Shown piece after piece: positions 48,101-62,800 of a DNA stretch of 64,000 nucleotides. The notes under the pieces were generated by a model. It was not told the DNA's origin. It saw only the letters and a list, made by a program, of their open reading frames with translations, and ran no database searches. The DNA is from Paraspadella gotoi (Eukaryota; Animalia; Chaetognatha): the NCBI GenBank assembly GCA_051294375.1, contig CM119265.1:8998772-9062771 (forward strand), given 5' to 3'. Each line of letters starts with the position of its first letter. Within the stretch, counting starts at the first letter, position 1. Made by a program: the position numbers and the translations under genes.

Positions 48101-51100
48101 NNNNNNNNNNNNNNNNNNNNNNNNNNNNNNNNNNNNNNNNNNNNNNNNNNNNNNNNNNNNNNNNNNNNNNNNNNNNNNNNNNNNNNNNNNNNNNNNNNNN
48201 NNNNNNNNNNNNNNNNNNNNNNNNNNNNNNNNNNNNNNNNNNNNNNNNNNNNNNNNNNNNNNNNNNNNNNNNNNNNNNNNNNNNNNNNNNNNNNNNNNNN
48301 NNNNNNNNNNNNNNNNGATAGAAAAGGAAGATAGAATTTGAAAATGTAGGAGATTATCGGGAGATTAATTAAAAACGAAATGTTTCGGTGTTTGGAAAAA
48401 TTTTTTTAAAAAAGTTTTTGAAAGGGAATCGGTGATGTAAACTTTGTAGTATACTTTTTTTAGGAAGAGAGACAGAGATAGAGAGAGAAAGAGGAAGAAA
48501 AGAAACAGAGCGTGCCACTGACTTTATGAGAGACTTTGCAAGTGCTATTGAATTTATACACATGCTTATTTTCGGTAGGCAAGCTGGTACTAAAACTTTT
48601 TCTCAAAAACTCATGGGGAACGTTCGTAGTTATTTCGATTCGGTTTTTGAAAAAAAACAAGATATAAACAATCGGAAAAAGTTTAAACATTTCGAGTACT
48701 ACACATTACTTATTTAGGTTTATGTAAGTTTAGGTTAGAATTACTAACAAACATGATAATGAGGAGAATTATTAGCACAACATCGAAATTTGAGCGATTT
48801 TGTCATTTTTTTGACTACTGCAATTAATTATTTAAAATCGCTGCACTTCAGTTAATTTTTTATGAAGAAGAAACCGTATTNNNNNNNNNNNNNNNNNNNN
48901 NNNNNGTGGATATTATTGACCATTATATTAATTACTATCATATTTATTGATACCTTATATTTCCCATCAAATTTGAAAACCCCGAAAAACTAAAGATGAG
49001 TATTTCGCAGAATTTAAAAATTCTTCAAATTATCAAAATATTGATTTAGATAAACTTTTTAAAACTGCATTTACTAAAATATTTTGATTTATTTTAGGTC
49101 GCTTCGGGCTTCCCTTTTCAAAACACACGTGTAAAACGATGATTTGGTTGCTACGACAACAAGTGGGTCGCTTTCGGATTCAAGGTGCTTTACTTTCACT
49201 TCACTTGAGTAAGTTGTAGTAGTTTTAGAATGTCAGCTGAATAAACGCGAAAGCAGAACAAAATTGAAAATTCGAACTGCGTCAAGCCGCATTGTAGATC
49301 ACACCTTAGTTCAATTAACTCCAGAGCTATTTCCGCTAGCGTCTCGCTTATTTTGCTTTTCTCTGTTTTCTGTACGATTACTGTTAATCTCTGCTTCCAT
49401 GTTAAAAATATTAATCGAAACAGATTTTTTATAATTTATTTTAAGAATTAAGCTGCGAGTTAACACAATCGAAAAGAAGTTTTAAAAAAGTATTGCGTCA
49501 TATGGATAGATTTACTTTATGTCAAATTAAGCCTTTAAACATTTATGTTAATTTTATTTTATATTTTTTCAAAACATACGTGCTTCAATGTCGACACACA
49601 ATCTTGTAGTTTTTGGTTTGCCAAGTAGTAAAGCAAAGCTCTGAATGGAAACGAGGTCACATATGAAATATCATTTAAAAATCAAACGAAAGTAATCTGT
49701 CGATATAAAAAACATTAAGGAAAATACAACGTATTCATTCGTGCCAGAGTCTCAATTAGACGTAACCGCGTTCCAAAAAAAATATAGTATTTGCTGTTTT
49801 CGAAACCATAATATTCGAAAAAAAAAAACAAAACGCACAATTGAAAAAAAAAAACAATAATTATAGGGGGACAGGGAAATGGAGTCAAAAACTACTTCTA
49901 CTTAAATTTGAAAAAAAAACCTTTATCGCGTGGAATGTATTTTATTATGTACTACACGCACTTTAAAGCCACTATCATAAAAAAATATATTAAAAACTAA
50001 CTGAAATGAAAAAATAAAGAGCGAAACTTCTCGGTAATTAAAGTGCGGTGAAGATTAATCAAAGAACTTAATTCAATTGGAGCGAAAAAAAAATAATCGC
50101 TCGCGTAACAAAATAGCAACGGACGATGGCGCACTCACAGCTTATAGGCGTCCATTAAAAAACCCTTTCCAATTTGGGTTGCTTTTTTGATTTTTTTAGA
50201 GAGATAATATATATGCGAGCAAAATGTATAACACATTCATCGTAAAGAATATTATATAAATCTTCTTAATTAATATAATGCACGCATTATTCAACGAAGA
50301 AGGGCGCTTATCGCCTCTGAACAGTAATAGATGGTATTTAATAATTCGTAATAATTTTTCCGCTTATATCACAAAGTACGAACATAGTGGGAGGGAGAAT
50401 GATTCTGCCCGAAACAACTGTACGAAGAATAACTTTATAAACAAAGTTTACTTTCTTTAAAGATGCTTACAGTATAGAAGTATATTTTTGTTGTTAACTG
50501 ATCGGAAGCGAATTACTTCACAGCTAATTATGACTACTTAATACGTTTAGTAAAGTAAATACATTACGAAAAGAGGTAAAAAGAAACTTTTTAAGAGCTA
50601 GAGACGTTAGAACATGAAATAAAAAAAATTGCAGGAAACGTCTCCTCAAATTTACGCACTAAGCCTCGGTATATAATATCGAAATTTGCAGTTAATATGC
50701 AGATTGTTCCGTCGATGAATGCCAATTGAAAAAGAACCCATACTTCAACTTAGACTTAGCGTAGACTTAAGGCTTAGACTTAGACTTAAGACTTAGACTT
50801 TACGGAAGAAAAGAAAATTTCTTCTCTCCTAATAATGTCGACTCAGTGAAATTTGTTTATAATCCCGAAAAGAAAAGAAACAACGCCCAATGAAATTTTC
50901 AAAAAAGTTCGTAAATGATGCATGGAGATCACGCTTTTCGTGCGGGATAGAATTTTAATTAACCTAAAGACCCGAAAGTTCACCTTAATTTTTTTTTTTT
51001 TTTTTATCCGTTGAAATTCAACGAGTTGTTATATTTATTTTTGCCTTTGCGGAAAAAAAAAGAGCAGCACCTTTCATCCCGATAACGAACCCACAAAACC

Positions 51101-54100
51101 CCCGAGCGCTTTTCATCGAGATTGTCGTAGTTCGAGCAGCTCGAGGTAAAGTCGTCGGCACGCTTACCCGACTTGACACGCGTTTCGCCATCATCCAATC
51201 GGCGCCGAATCCTGGGACGAGTACACGTCGATGATCTGATTGGTTACGAAGTTGCGTTTAAAATGTATCAATGTTTATAAAATTAGTGTGTTTAATTTTA
51301 AATATAAGTTCATTCATAAATAATATAGCAGCAGTAGCTTTGTTCGTTCATTTTCAATCATCCCATTTACACCATCTCAATTTTACAACTCTCTTCATTT
51401 CACATATTGTAGCAGTTTTAGCATTATTTCTTGTATCTTTTTATTCTTATTTTCCTAAAAGTTTCTATTTTGACTATTTCAGGATATTTATTAAGTTTTT
51501 TACCTAAACCAACACATACCAATGTACAGAATGTGCAAAAAAGTTTAAACTTGAACCCCTATATACTCATTTGGTTTGTCATCCTATTAATTAAAACTTG
51601 GCGTTTATTTAAAAGTTAACGTGCTTCTATTTATACTTGATATTTTTTTGGTTTATTAAAAAAACTTGAATTTGAATGTTGGACTATTTATATTGATATA
51701 CTTTCTTTGAATTATTCATAACATTTTATTCATGAGTTTCTATTTAAAGTTAATATCTTTTGCTTTTTATTGAATTATAATAGTTTTAGTTTTACTTGTT
51801 TTATTCGCTTTCTAATTTTTTACACTGCATACTGTTTCTGATTTTGTCAATAACTGTTTTTGCGTATTAATAAAAAAAATTTAAAAAAAGGATAAAAAAC
51901 TTTCATTAAAAGCCTCATGGCGAGTTTTTAGGCCCAAATATTATTAAAAAGCTGTGCCTAAAAATAAAACGGATCGAATTCTGTTTTAGATTTTTTTTTT
52001 GCGTTATAATTTTTATCCATTTTTTTATTTTTGTGTTTTTTCACCCAATGGAAACTTCAAAACAGTTTAAAAACCCCTTAAGAAATGAAGCTTGCAAATT
52101 ATTAAGCTTTTGGAAGTGGCGTGTTTGTCAAGATTATAGGATTCGCAAAACAGTGAATTTCTCTCCTACCACCATTTGCACGTTGTCAATAAATTTGAAA
52201 CAACTGGAAAACCTGACGAGCTGTTGAAAAAGTGCGGGCGGACCATCGCAGGTCCTGGGAAACCTAGAACAACTAACCTGGTAAATCACGAAATTCAAAA
52301 ATGTAGGGCTCCTGGCAAAACCAGCTATTGAAAAAAAATAAAGAAAGCAGGAATTGTAGCCAGTCGTTCACTATGAAAGATGGCTTTTCTACTTGATATT
52401 GAGCTTTACTGGAAATGAGGCCTAAGCTACCACTCGCTTTGACTGCATCATCAATCGCAACGTCTGGTCAAGGGATAAAAAAGGATATTTCGCAGTACAA
52501 ACGCCACGGACAGTCGACGAAATATAAAAAAATGTAAAATGTATTTTGGCCGGGCAGCTGAACCCTTCGTATTTTTCGCAAGCCTCTACGGACTCTCTCC
52601 CTCGTCGCATGGAAGCGTGTTGCTCGGAAAGCAAATGGTGGTCCGACAATGTATTAAATTAACGAGTCCTAAAAATATTTTCTTCGAATAGCAAAATTAA
52701 AAATGCTTTCGTCATAACTATTAACCTTTTTTTTTATGACCACATGTTGTTAACAATATATTTAAATGTCCCTCCCGCTATAATTAAAATTATAAATGAT
52801 GAATCAATCGATCAATCGCCGCTGACCTCGTCCGGCCTGGACGTGAGCTCGCGACTTCATCTTGGCGGCGGTCAAAGTCGTTGAGAGGACGCGCGTGCGC
52901 GTTTCACATCCTTTTTGGACGGAGGAAGACGACGACGTCGGCCCGCGGGTCGGAGAGTCCCAGGCTCTGCAGACGACGTTCGACGCCAGGCCTTGACGGG
53001 AGGAGGCGTGAGTTTAGGGTGAGGTTTAAGAACGGGACACTAATTAAGCTATTCAAAGTCAAAGCTCAAATGCAAAAATTGTAAAGTTTAGTTTGGGGTT
53101 TTTTTATGAAGCTCAAAAATTAAAATCTCTACTTTGTTTTGTTTGTTTGTTTTGTTGTTTTTTTTTACGCCTGAAAAACTTTTTCCTTTTCTTATCAAAA
53201 AAATCTGATTTTGGATAAAAAAAAGTTCATTTTGAAAAACAAAAACAAAAAATTTCCATCTAGGATATTACTGTGATAATTGTATTTGCGTACAATGTGC
53301 AATTGTGATCCGTTCCCCAAAGGCCTAACAATATTGATTATCTGATAAATTTTTTGATTTTCCGAAAGCCTTCATTCCTTTTATACAATTCCATTCCATC
53401 CTATCTTAACGCTCTCTCCTACCGAAAAACCGTTGCTTTGAGATCAAGTCGTTTCGTCGGATGTTCGTCTTCCGTGGTCGTGCTGGCAAGAATAGGTCGT
53501 TCAGATTAACCTGCCGCAGGCGTGTGTGCGGTCCCGAGGCTGCGTCAGGCTTGAAAACAAAAGATCAGCTTATTGATTTAACGTAATTAATTTTATTGAA
53601 AAAAAATTGATTTTTAACTCTATTACGTATACTTATGTCGATTTATCATTATTATTAAATCCTTAATACTGCATGATTGAATAAATGATTCATGTAGTAA
53701 CTGGTACCGATTAACTCACTTTCCCAACTGGCGCTGAAGGTTCGAGCATTGTACTGGGGCACTGAGCGTGGAAACTGGACTTGAAGCCTGCCACGAAGTC
53801 GTAGCATCGCAAATGATGCGCCTGAGAGAGAGAGAGAGAGAGAGAGAGAAGATGAGACGAGAGAGAGAGACGCAGAAGGAGAGAGAGAGACGGAGGAGAG
53901 GAGAGAAGATGAGAGAGATGAAAGTGGAGCATTCGTCTGATAGATCCCTCTTTGTACTTTAATTTTCAACGCGCTCACGATGCAAAATGTTAGGGAATAA
54001 TGGTTGCAAAGTTTAAGTACGATTTTGGTGCTTTTTTTTTTTTTTTTTTTTAAGAAAGGAAACAGATTTACGTTATGAGGGAGAGGAGAGAGATTGATTG

Positions 54101-55916
54101 AATAGAAGAATGAGAGGAAAGGGTTGTGAGGAGAGATGAGAGAGAGAGAGAAAAAGTGAATATAATTACACTGGAGAAAAATGGGGAGTGGAAAGGAGAG
54201 ATAGATAGAAAAGGAGACAGCGAGAGAAAGGAGAGAGGGATAGAAAGAATAGACGAGATAGAAAAGGAGAGAGATATAGAAAAAGGTCGAGAAGAAATAG
54301 GAAAAGGAGACAGAGATAGAAAAAGGAGAGAGGAGGAATAGAAAAGGAGAGAAGGTGATTAAGAAAAGGAGAGAAGAGACTAGAAAAGGAGAAGAGGAGA
54401 TAGAAAGGATGAGAGGAGATAGAAAAGGAGAGAGGAGATAGAAAGAGAGAGGAGATAGAAAAGGAAGATAGAATTTGAAGAAAATGTAGGAGATTATCGG
54501 AGGATTAATAAAAACGGAAATGTTTCGGTGTTTGGAAAAATTTTTTTAAAAGAAGTTTTTTGAAAGGGAATCGTGTGATGTAACTTTGTATATACTTTTT
54601 TTAGGCAAGAGAGACAGAGATAGAGAGAGGAAAGAGAAAGAAAAGAAACAGAGCGTGCCACTGAACTTTATGAGAGACTTTGCAAGTGCTATTAATTTAT
54701 ACACATGCTTATTTTCGGGTAGGCAAGCTGGTACTAAAACTTTTTTCTCAAAAACTCATGTGGGAACGTTCGTAGTTATTTCGATTTCGGTTCTTTGAAA
54801 AAAAACAAGATATAAACAATCGGAAAAAGTTTAACATATTCGGAGTTACTACACATTACTTATGTGTTAGGTTTATGTAAGTTTTAGGTTAGAATTAACT
54901 AACAAACATGATAATGCAGGAGAAATTATTAGCCCACAACATCGAAATTTGAGCGATTTTGTCATTTTTATCGCGCCTTGACCGCGAAGCCGCCGGTTCA
55001 GCGCTCTATAATGGTTTTAGGTTTGATTCTTTTGTGACGTAGTTCGTCGTCGTCGTCGGCGTTCACGCTATTTTTTTGTATAAAAAACTACTGCGCTTTT
55101 ATAGTTTTTAGGCTGGGACTTACAGATTTTTTTTTTTTTAAATAAAATTATTATGAATATTTATAAGTTTATTACAAAAAGTTGTGCGATCATAGTAAGT
55201 TAAAAAAATTAGATATGCTCTCAACTTGAAATAGCTTGAGTATTTTCTTATCTACATTTGGATTTAAGTTATTTTTTGTTTGAATTTCCATTTGATTATG
55301 ATTTACTGCAATATGCAAATGAGATTTTATAGTACTTCATTTTATAATATCCAAATTAGTATATAGAAATGCTTTAAGCTAATTCTACATATTGCGGTAT
55401 ATAATATGTTGAAGATGAAATTCAAAAAAATTTTCTTTAAATTTCTAACAAAAATTGGGGAGACTCCAAAGAATATTTATTTATAGCAAAGTTGAGAAGC
55501 TGTAATATATCGTTAATATTTAACTATCAACCTGCGATAGAAAAAAAAATTCTCCCTTTACATAGCTGCTGATTGGAAAAATTTGAACGAAAAGTTATTT
55601 CCCAATTGAATAAACTTCATGCTTTGTAACATTTTTTGCCTTTCTTCTTATTATTTTTTTAATATATATATATTTTTGTTAGGCGCCTGCCTTTTCTGAA
55701 TCGTTTTATAAAACCGAGTTCTGTTTCTCTTGTGTTGGCGATCTTTGCGGTTGATTCGTTCCGTCTTTTTGAAAAAAATTTCTGAATTTTTTTTTCTTTC
55801 TAAAAAAAACATATTATGTATTTGATCAGGCGCGGTCCTTTCTGGAATCTTTTAAAAAAAGAGTTCAGGCTCTTCTCGTCTCATAGCTTTCTCCCTCCGG
55901 CTCCGTCCTCTCTTCG

Positions 55917-55948
<32 letters not shown>

Positions 55949-56814
55949 CTGCTCTCTCTCTCATTTTTTTTTACTTACAAAAAAAAAATTTATTCACTTT
56001 GTTTTACCACCGTTTTTTTGAAAAATTCTTATTGAATGTTCTTTCCTTCTAAAAATTTTATTATCCCAATTTATTACCGCATGCTTCCTTTCTCAATACA
56101 AAATCCACAAATTTATTATCTGAGTAATTTTCGTGGATTTTTTTGAGAAAATGTGAAGAATAACTTACTTGACCTGGATTTCTCGTGGGCCGTTCGGATT
56201 CCATGGCCGGAAACTGGCAACGAGGTAAACAATGTCGAGGAACATTGACCTTAATAACGCGTTTGATTGGCAACGGAAACGTTTACGTGTATAAAAAAAA
56301 TCAACTTGACGATGATTCACGCGCATATAAACAAGAAGGACTAATATTGCGTATCGGTTGGGCGGGAAAAACTTTCCTTCTCCATTCTTTTCTCTTTCTC
56401 TCTCTCTCTCTCTTCTCTTCTCTCTCTCATCTCTCTCTCTCTCTCTCTCTCTTCCTCTTTTTTTTTTTTTCAAAAAAAAAAATTTTATTCACTTGGTAAA
56501 CGAGTAAACGAGTTCCGCTCTTCTCTCTCTCTCTCTCTCCTTCTCTCTCTCTCTCTCTTCTCTCTCTCTCTATCTTTCCTCTATCTGTCTCTTCTCTCTC
56601 TTTCTCTCTTTCTATCTCTTTTTTTTTTTTACAAAAAATTAATTTTTTAGTCACCTTTTTTTCACCTCCGTCATTCAAACGAGTTCCGGCTCTCTCTATC
56701 TCTCTCTCTCTCTTTTTTTTTTTTACAAAAAAAAATTTTTTTTAGTCCACTTTTTTTTTTCACCAGGCGACGACGTAAACGCCTGTAAACGAGTTCCGGG
56801 CTCTGTTCAGGCTT

Positions 56815-56848
<34 letters not shown>

Positions 56849-59800
56849 CGTCTCTCTCTCTCAATGTAACATCGTCGTTTTTGAAAATTCATTATTATTT
56901 TTTTCCTTTCTAAAAACTTTTATTATCGCCATTTATTTTTTTTTTCTCTATACAAAATCCCAAATTTACATCCCGAGATTTTCATGGATTCATTTTAGAA
57001 AAAAAATGCAGGCAACTTCACCATGCTACATTCAGGCTTGCTGCCTGCTACATATAGCTGCCTATATGTCTCGCGCAATTGCGCTGATTAATTTAATTGC
57101 ATATATAACTTTCTACCAAAAAAATTTTTTTGTTTTCTGGTTTATTACTGTAACTTGGACCGGGTCTGCGTCCCACTATTGGCAAAATTAGTATCTAAAA
57201 ATTAGGTAGTTGAGAAGAGAGAGTTTGTCAAATTAAAACATTACTTTTTTTTATCTAGACAAGTTTTACAATTTTTAAAATTGTAAATCTTTTTAGTTGT
57301 ATATATTTTAATCATTTTTATATTCTTTTTTAAAATTAATAATTTATTTGGAATTGGGATAAATATTTAATAAATTAGTTAAATATGCAAATATGAAATT
57401 GACCTCGGTCTGGCTTTCTTTCTTAAATAAAAAGAACAATCTTAAAATTCATTCAAGATTTAAAACACTTTTTTTAAGATGAGGACCTAAAATTTTTTTT
57501 TTTGATAAGTAAAAAAAATATTAGAAAGGCAAAGGTTCGGTCCCTACTCAGTAGCGTTCGGAAAAACACGAGGTTCAGCTCTTGCAGGGCGGTCCAGCTT
57601 CTCTCTATCTTTCCTCTCTCTCTCTCTCTCTCTCTCCTCTCTCTTCTCTCTTCTCTCTTTTTCTTTCTATTTATGTCCGCCACTTTATTCCGCGTCGTCT
57701 GATGGCACATTCTCTTTCATTTACTAATTGCGATAACTTCATCTCAATCTAACGAATTATAGACATCCGATTCGTGACTTTTTGGTTGAAAAATTCTTAT
57801 TAGCTTTAATAACGCAGGTGAGTGAAAAAACTGACCCAGCCTCTCTACCTTCTCTTTCTCTCTCTCTCTCTCCTCTCTCTCTCTACTCTCCTTCTCTCTC
57901 TCTCTACTTCATTCATCTACACGCATTTTGTTGTTTTAGTTTACGATGAATGCATTCATCGCGTCACAATGAATTGGACTACTCATCGCAATCAATGAAT
58001 GATTATCATCATATCCATAGAATGTATTATCATCACATCACTAGATGACTATGGACTATTCTCGCATTCAATCACTGTTGATTATCATCACCATTCAGTT
58101 ATTTTGTTGATACATCGGCCATCAATTATTGGTTCATCATCCGCATCAATATGTTGCGTTATCATCGCATCAATATTTGGTTACCATCGAAAGCGCGCTC
58201 CGCATCCCTATTGCTTTTAAGGATTTTTTTTGACTTACGTGCAAGTGTAATTATTTAAAATCTTCTGCACTTCAGTTAATTTTTTATGAAGAAGAAACCG
58301 TATTATTCACTAACACCATAACTCTTAAAACTGTTAGTCGTACGAATGAAATTATTCATGCAGACAGCGAACACGTCACGATTTATTGACGGTTTTTGAC
58401 GTCACACACGTGAAACATTTTGTCTTCGCGAAAGTTGTGAATTAGAAAACGAGAGACAGAGAAGCGAAGGAATATCTATCCCCAATCTTAGAACCCGGAC
58501 AAATAATATCGATTTAGTGTGGTAACTATATTCCGGTAAAAAAATTACAATATTTGGATGGCTGACATTGCAATCAAGGTTAAATAACTCAGCATTCAGG
58601 TAAAATTCTTCTACCCGAAAAGAAAACTGTTTGTATACAAATTTATTTTCTCATAATAACGTACCACCGTCTGTCCACGGAAACGAAATAATATCAGAAA
58701 AAAAATATGCGAATAGAGAAAAGGAAAAAAAAATGCGAATGAAAAATTCTAAAGAAAAGTTGGAGAGAAAAAAGTCAAACGTACAAAGAATTCCAGTGAA
58801 TCTTTTTATTTTTTACATTTGTCCAAGAGATAGAGTCACAACGATTAATGTTTTTTTTAGTTTTTCTGTAAATCATGCAATTGAAATTACGTTTTCTACC
58901 AAAATCATTTTAAAAAGTTTAAAATATCATTGTATTTTATTTTATTTGTATATTTTTTTTTCCGCGGAACGAACAGAAACAAAGGAACAACATCAATACT
59001 TTCGACTCACGTGAGTGCTGGTGATTCCCTCCAGCAGCAGTTTCGTGATTTCCGCCTGTCGGTCGAATTCCGTCTGCGCCTGACGAAGATTCGCTTCCGC
59101 CTGGCGAGAGTTTCGGAGACGATGGGGTTGGATGGAGATTTGATGGAGAAATGAAGAAAAGATGGAGGATATTTGATGGGCAAAATAAAAATGAAATAAG
59201 GATTAAGGAAAAAAATAATTAACGTTAAAGAGGCAATAAGTTAAGAATAAAGGAAGAAGGAAAGGAAGGTGAAAAGGGTTTATAAAAAAGGACGAAATTA
59301 AGATGAATTTTTTTTTTATAAAGAATGAACGGAATTTTCAATTGTTAGGCCAATTGCTATAAGTCCATGGCCAATTCATTTTCACTAAAAGTGGATCGCT
59401 CCTACNNNNNNNNNNNNNNNNNNNNNNNNNGACGGCATGATGGCATCATCTGATATCTACATAATCATTAGATATATATTATATATTTTTTTAAATTTGA
59501 AATTATACTTTCTACGATGAGGCCCAAACTTAATCTATTTTCAATACAATTTACAATAACTCGAAATAAAGATAGTACTAAATATGAATACAACGTATTT
59601 TTAATAACGCAGAAAAGAAAAATGGCGGTTAATGTGAGATCGCGCGAAAATTAAATGTTTACTGACCCACGTTGTCCTCCGGGTTCATTCTCGGCCGTCT
59701 ATGCGCAGGAAGAGAGAATGAGAGAGAGATAGAGAGAGAGGAGAGAGACAGAGAGAGATGGAGAGAGAGCAGGAAGATGGCGATGGGATTAGGTAGCGAT

Positions 59801-62800
59801 AATAGAGTAAAAGAGACAGAAAAATAGACAAGAAAAATTCGATGATCTATCATGAGAAAACAAGGCCGAGCGAAAGGAAATTACGGGTATTTTGGGAAGT
59901 TGATCAAAAATTACGATATTGATTGGTTTCTTAGGAATTCACAGACAAGCAAATGGGAAAAGTAAGAGCCTCCATAAAATCTTTCTATTTTTTTACGGAA
60001 AGAAAAGAAAAAAAAATATTTCGAGGATGTTTTTTTTTTGTCGCTGTATAACACGGGTTTACGTTAACGATCGAAGTTGTCACGGACGATTATGTCATTC
60101 GAAATTCGACAGGGTTTAGTTCAAATAACGGTCAAGCAGGTTTTTCAAAAAGCGTAAAATATAAAATTTTTTTTTCACCGATAACAAGGGAAACAAGCAT
60201 TCACACCAACAATAATTATTTTAAAAAAATCCAAGGTTTTTTTTTTTTTTTTTACAGATATCGTAATTTTTACGTATAGAATAATAATCAAAGGAAGTAT
60301 AATGAAATTATCATGATTTTGAAAAGGTAAACTCTCTGACGCGCGCTAGTTTAAAAAAAGATACGAATCTGGCTTACCAGAAAAAGAACAGGGTCATTAT
60401 TTTCGTAGCGACCTTACGTTCGTCATTTGTCACTTTCACTCACAGTTTCATCATTCGAAATCGGTTTCTACAAAAGGACGATAAAAATAAAAAGAATAAA
60501 ATGGTCGGCGATAAAACTGCTCAAATTCGTTGCCGAGGGGAGGGAATTTATGGAAATCGTGATTCGCGATCTGAGGAAACAATTTCGTCGCCGTCTCAAA
60601 GATTATAGTATACACGTAGTTATTAGTAGATCTAGTAACGGATTATAGTCATCTTAGTATTGTGATGGATGGAGATTAAAGGGTTGTAGGCGTTTTTGGT
60701 GTTACAATGGGCATGGGTGTTTCTTAAACTAGACAAGCTCTATATAATCATTTGAATCACCAATTGGTAACCTATGAAATCAACGATAACTGATGTATAT
60801 GTGTAAGCCTATAAATGATAAATAGAAATAAAAGTATAAAATTTATCGAGTTGATATAGTATCACTAATTCATTATATATGTTTCCCAAAAAAATATGAA
60901 TGGACCAAGTTAATATCGATTCTTACCCCCTGCTGCTGCATCCAGGCTGCTCCGCACGACGGAGGCGTTCTTTGCAAGCGTCGAGGTCCAATCGCTTCGT
61001 CATCAGCATTTCTTCTCTTTCTAATTAGAGAGAATAGAAAAAAAAAACATTACGACATAATAAAGAAAGCCTCGTTAAAGGCTATTCGTTCTATGTGTAT
61101 ATAAATTTAACTTCCTCCTTTCTTTTTTTTCTTTAAACCCGACCTCCCCTCGATTATCACGTGATCAAGATTTTTTTACGTTAGCTTCACGAATAAATAG
61201 CGAAGCCGCCCTACAATTAGTTGACCTTTTCTCCTTGTTCTGCCTTTTTTTCCGACCTAAACAACCGCTCCTCCCTCCATTTACCCCCCCCCATTCTTAA
61301 GCACTTACATGATGGTTCTCATGTCTCCTCGAGAAAGTTGCGCACAAGGCTTGCCCAAAGAAATTGTTGTACGAAGTCCGTTGCGAATTCCTTCTCAGCC
61401 TGAGCGGTTTTAGTTCCGTCTGGACCGGATTGTATGATAACGGTTCTGACGGATTTGATGAGACCGTTTAATTCGAATTCGACACCAAATCGGTGTAAAA
61501 ATACTTTTTTGAAGTTGTAATTTAAGAAAATAACAAGAACTACACTAGCGATAGTACTCTACTCTGATTTATGAGATTATGTCAAGCATGTTCTCATAAA
61601 AATTATCATTCGAATCTAACCAAAACGACTAAAATAGGTACCAAAAGAAGTCTTAAGTTTCAAAAGGAAATTTCCGTAGAAGAAGATTGGGTTGGTTGGT
61701 GTAGGAAAGAGCCGACTAAGTCACTTAAGTACGAGGCGTCATTCCTGCCGAAAATGACAAGAAAAATAACTAAACAAAAGGGAAACTAGGTTCAGTTAAA
61801 GATGCAAACTGGGGACCTTCTTTTTCCTTTTTTTTTCATAAATCTGTGATACAAATGAAGTGTCTGCTTTGTTACCGAGTCCTCCATGCACATAAATTAA
61901 TCGCGGTCGACAAAGCGTACTACGGAGACATATAAAAAACACACCGAAATCTCGGAAAAAAGAAAAGTCGGAATCCAATTACGACGAAAATGCGTACGAA
62001 AAGAGACGCAAAAGCTAAATTATACGAGAACATTTTAAAAAAACGACGCCAGAAGCGACCAAATTATCTTTAGCAGGAGAAACGATTCGATTTTGTCAAA
62101 TTGTTTCGATAACCAAAAGCGCGGATGTCGACTAATGACTAGAAAATCTAAAAAAGAAAAAAAGGGAAACTGAGTGAAACCAAAAAAAAAAGAGTGCTCG
62201 GTTTTTAAGAGAGATTCTACAACCATTAAACCCGATTAACATTATTACTTAACCTTTACATTCTCATTACACCTGCCAACTGATATTCATTTTTATCGAG
62301 TCGCATTTGTAATTACCAAACATTACAAACAAAAGACCGTATTACCGTATAGGCTCAGTTGCCCGTTCCGTAAGTCGTTGCCCGCCTCCACCATCGAAGT
62401 CCCAATAACCGAGATTTCGTGTCCAATCGGCGCTTCTTTTTCCAGGTTTGTTGTACAGCATGTCTTCATTCGGGCGTCTGGGAAGCAAGAGATCGAGGAT
62501 ATATCGAAATATGAAGAAAAAAATAGCAAACAATTGATCTAGATAAATAAAAATGGTATGAAATATCAGCAATTGGCACTCATAATTGACAACTGACTAA
62601 TTTCGGACTTGTCCTCTAATTGTACACTTTTAACTAGCATAATCTTAGGTTAATTACATTTATTTGCAACCCAATAACTCCGCAACTGGCTGAAAATAAC
62701 ATACCTTGACCTCTGATTCAGTCATATTAAATCGTAGCAAAGACATTAAAATTCCCTTTTTTTCCCGGGATTTTTGATTGGTTGTCATCTTTCCAATCGC

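Larger units (their letters stand above)
48906..58293 (+). other. Noisy second copy of ~42982-48880 (probable assembly artefact from uncorrected long-read gap filling)
   Basis: Collinear with copy 1 but full of 1-nt indels that break the endophilin exons (~51113-53821). Begins right after a 25-N gap and spans the N-gaps of copy 1. Confidence 0.85.

Noticed and set aside
48906-54969. Real tandem duplication or pseudogene of the endophilin B 3' exons
   Set aside because: Differences are almost all scattered 1-nt indels, as in raw long reads. The copy starts at a 25-N gap typical of overfilled gap-closing and covers the gaps of copy 1, so an artefact is much more likely.
55670-57000. CRISPR-like repeat-spacer array
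   Set aside because: Repeats are degenerate, irregularly spaced and separated by microsatellites within a eukaryotic transposon-like insert, with no cas genes.
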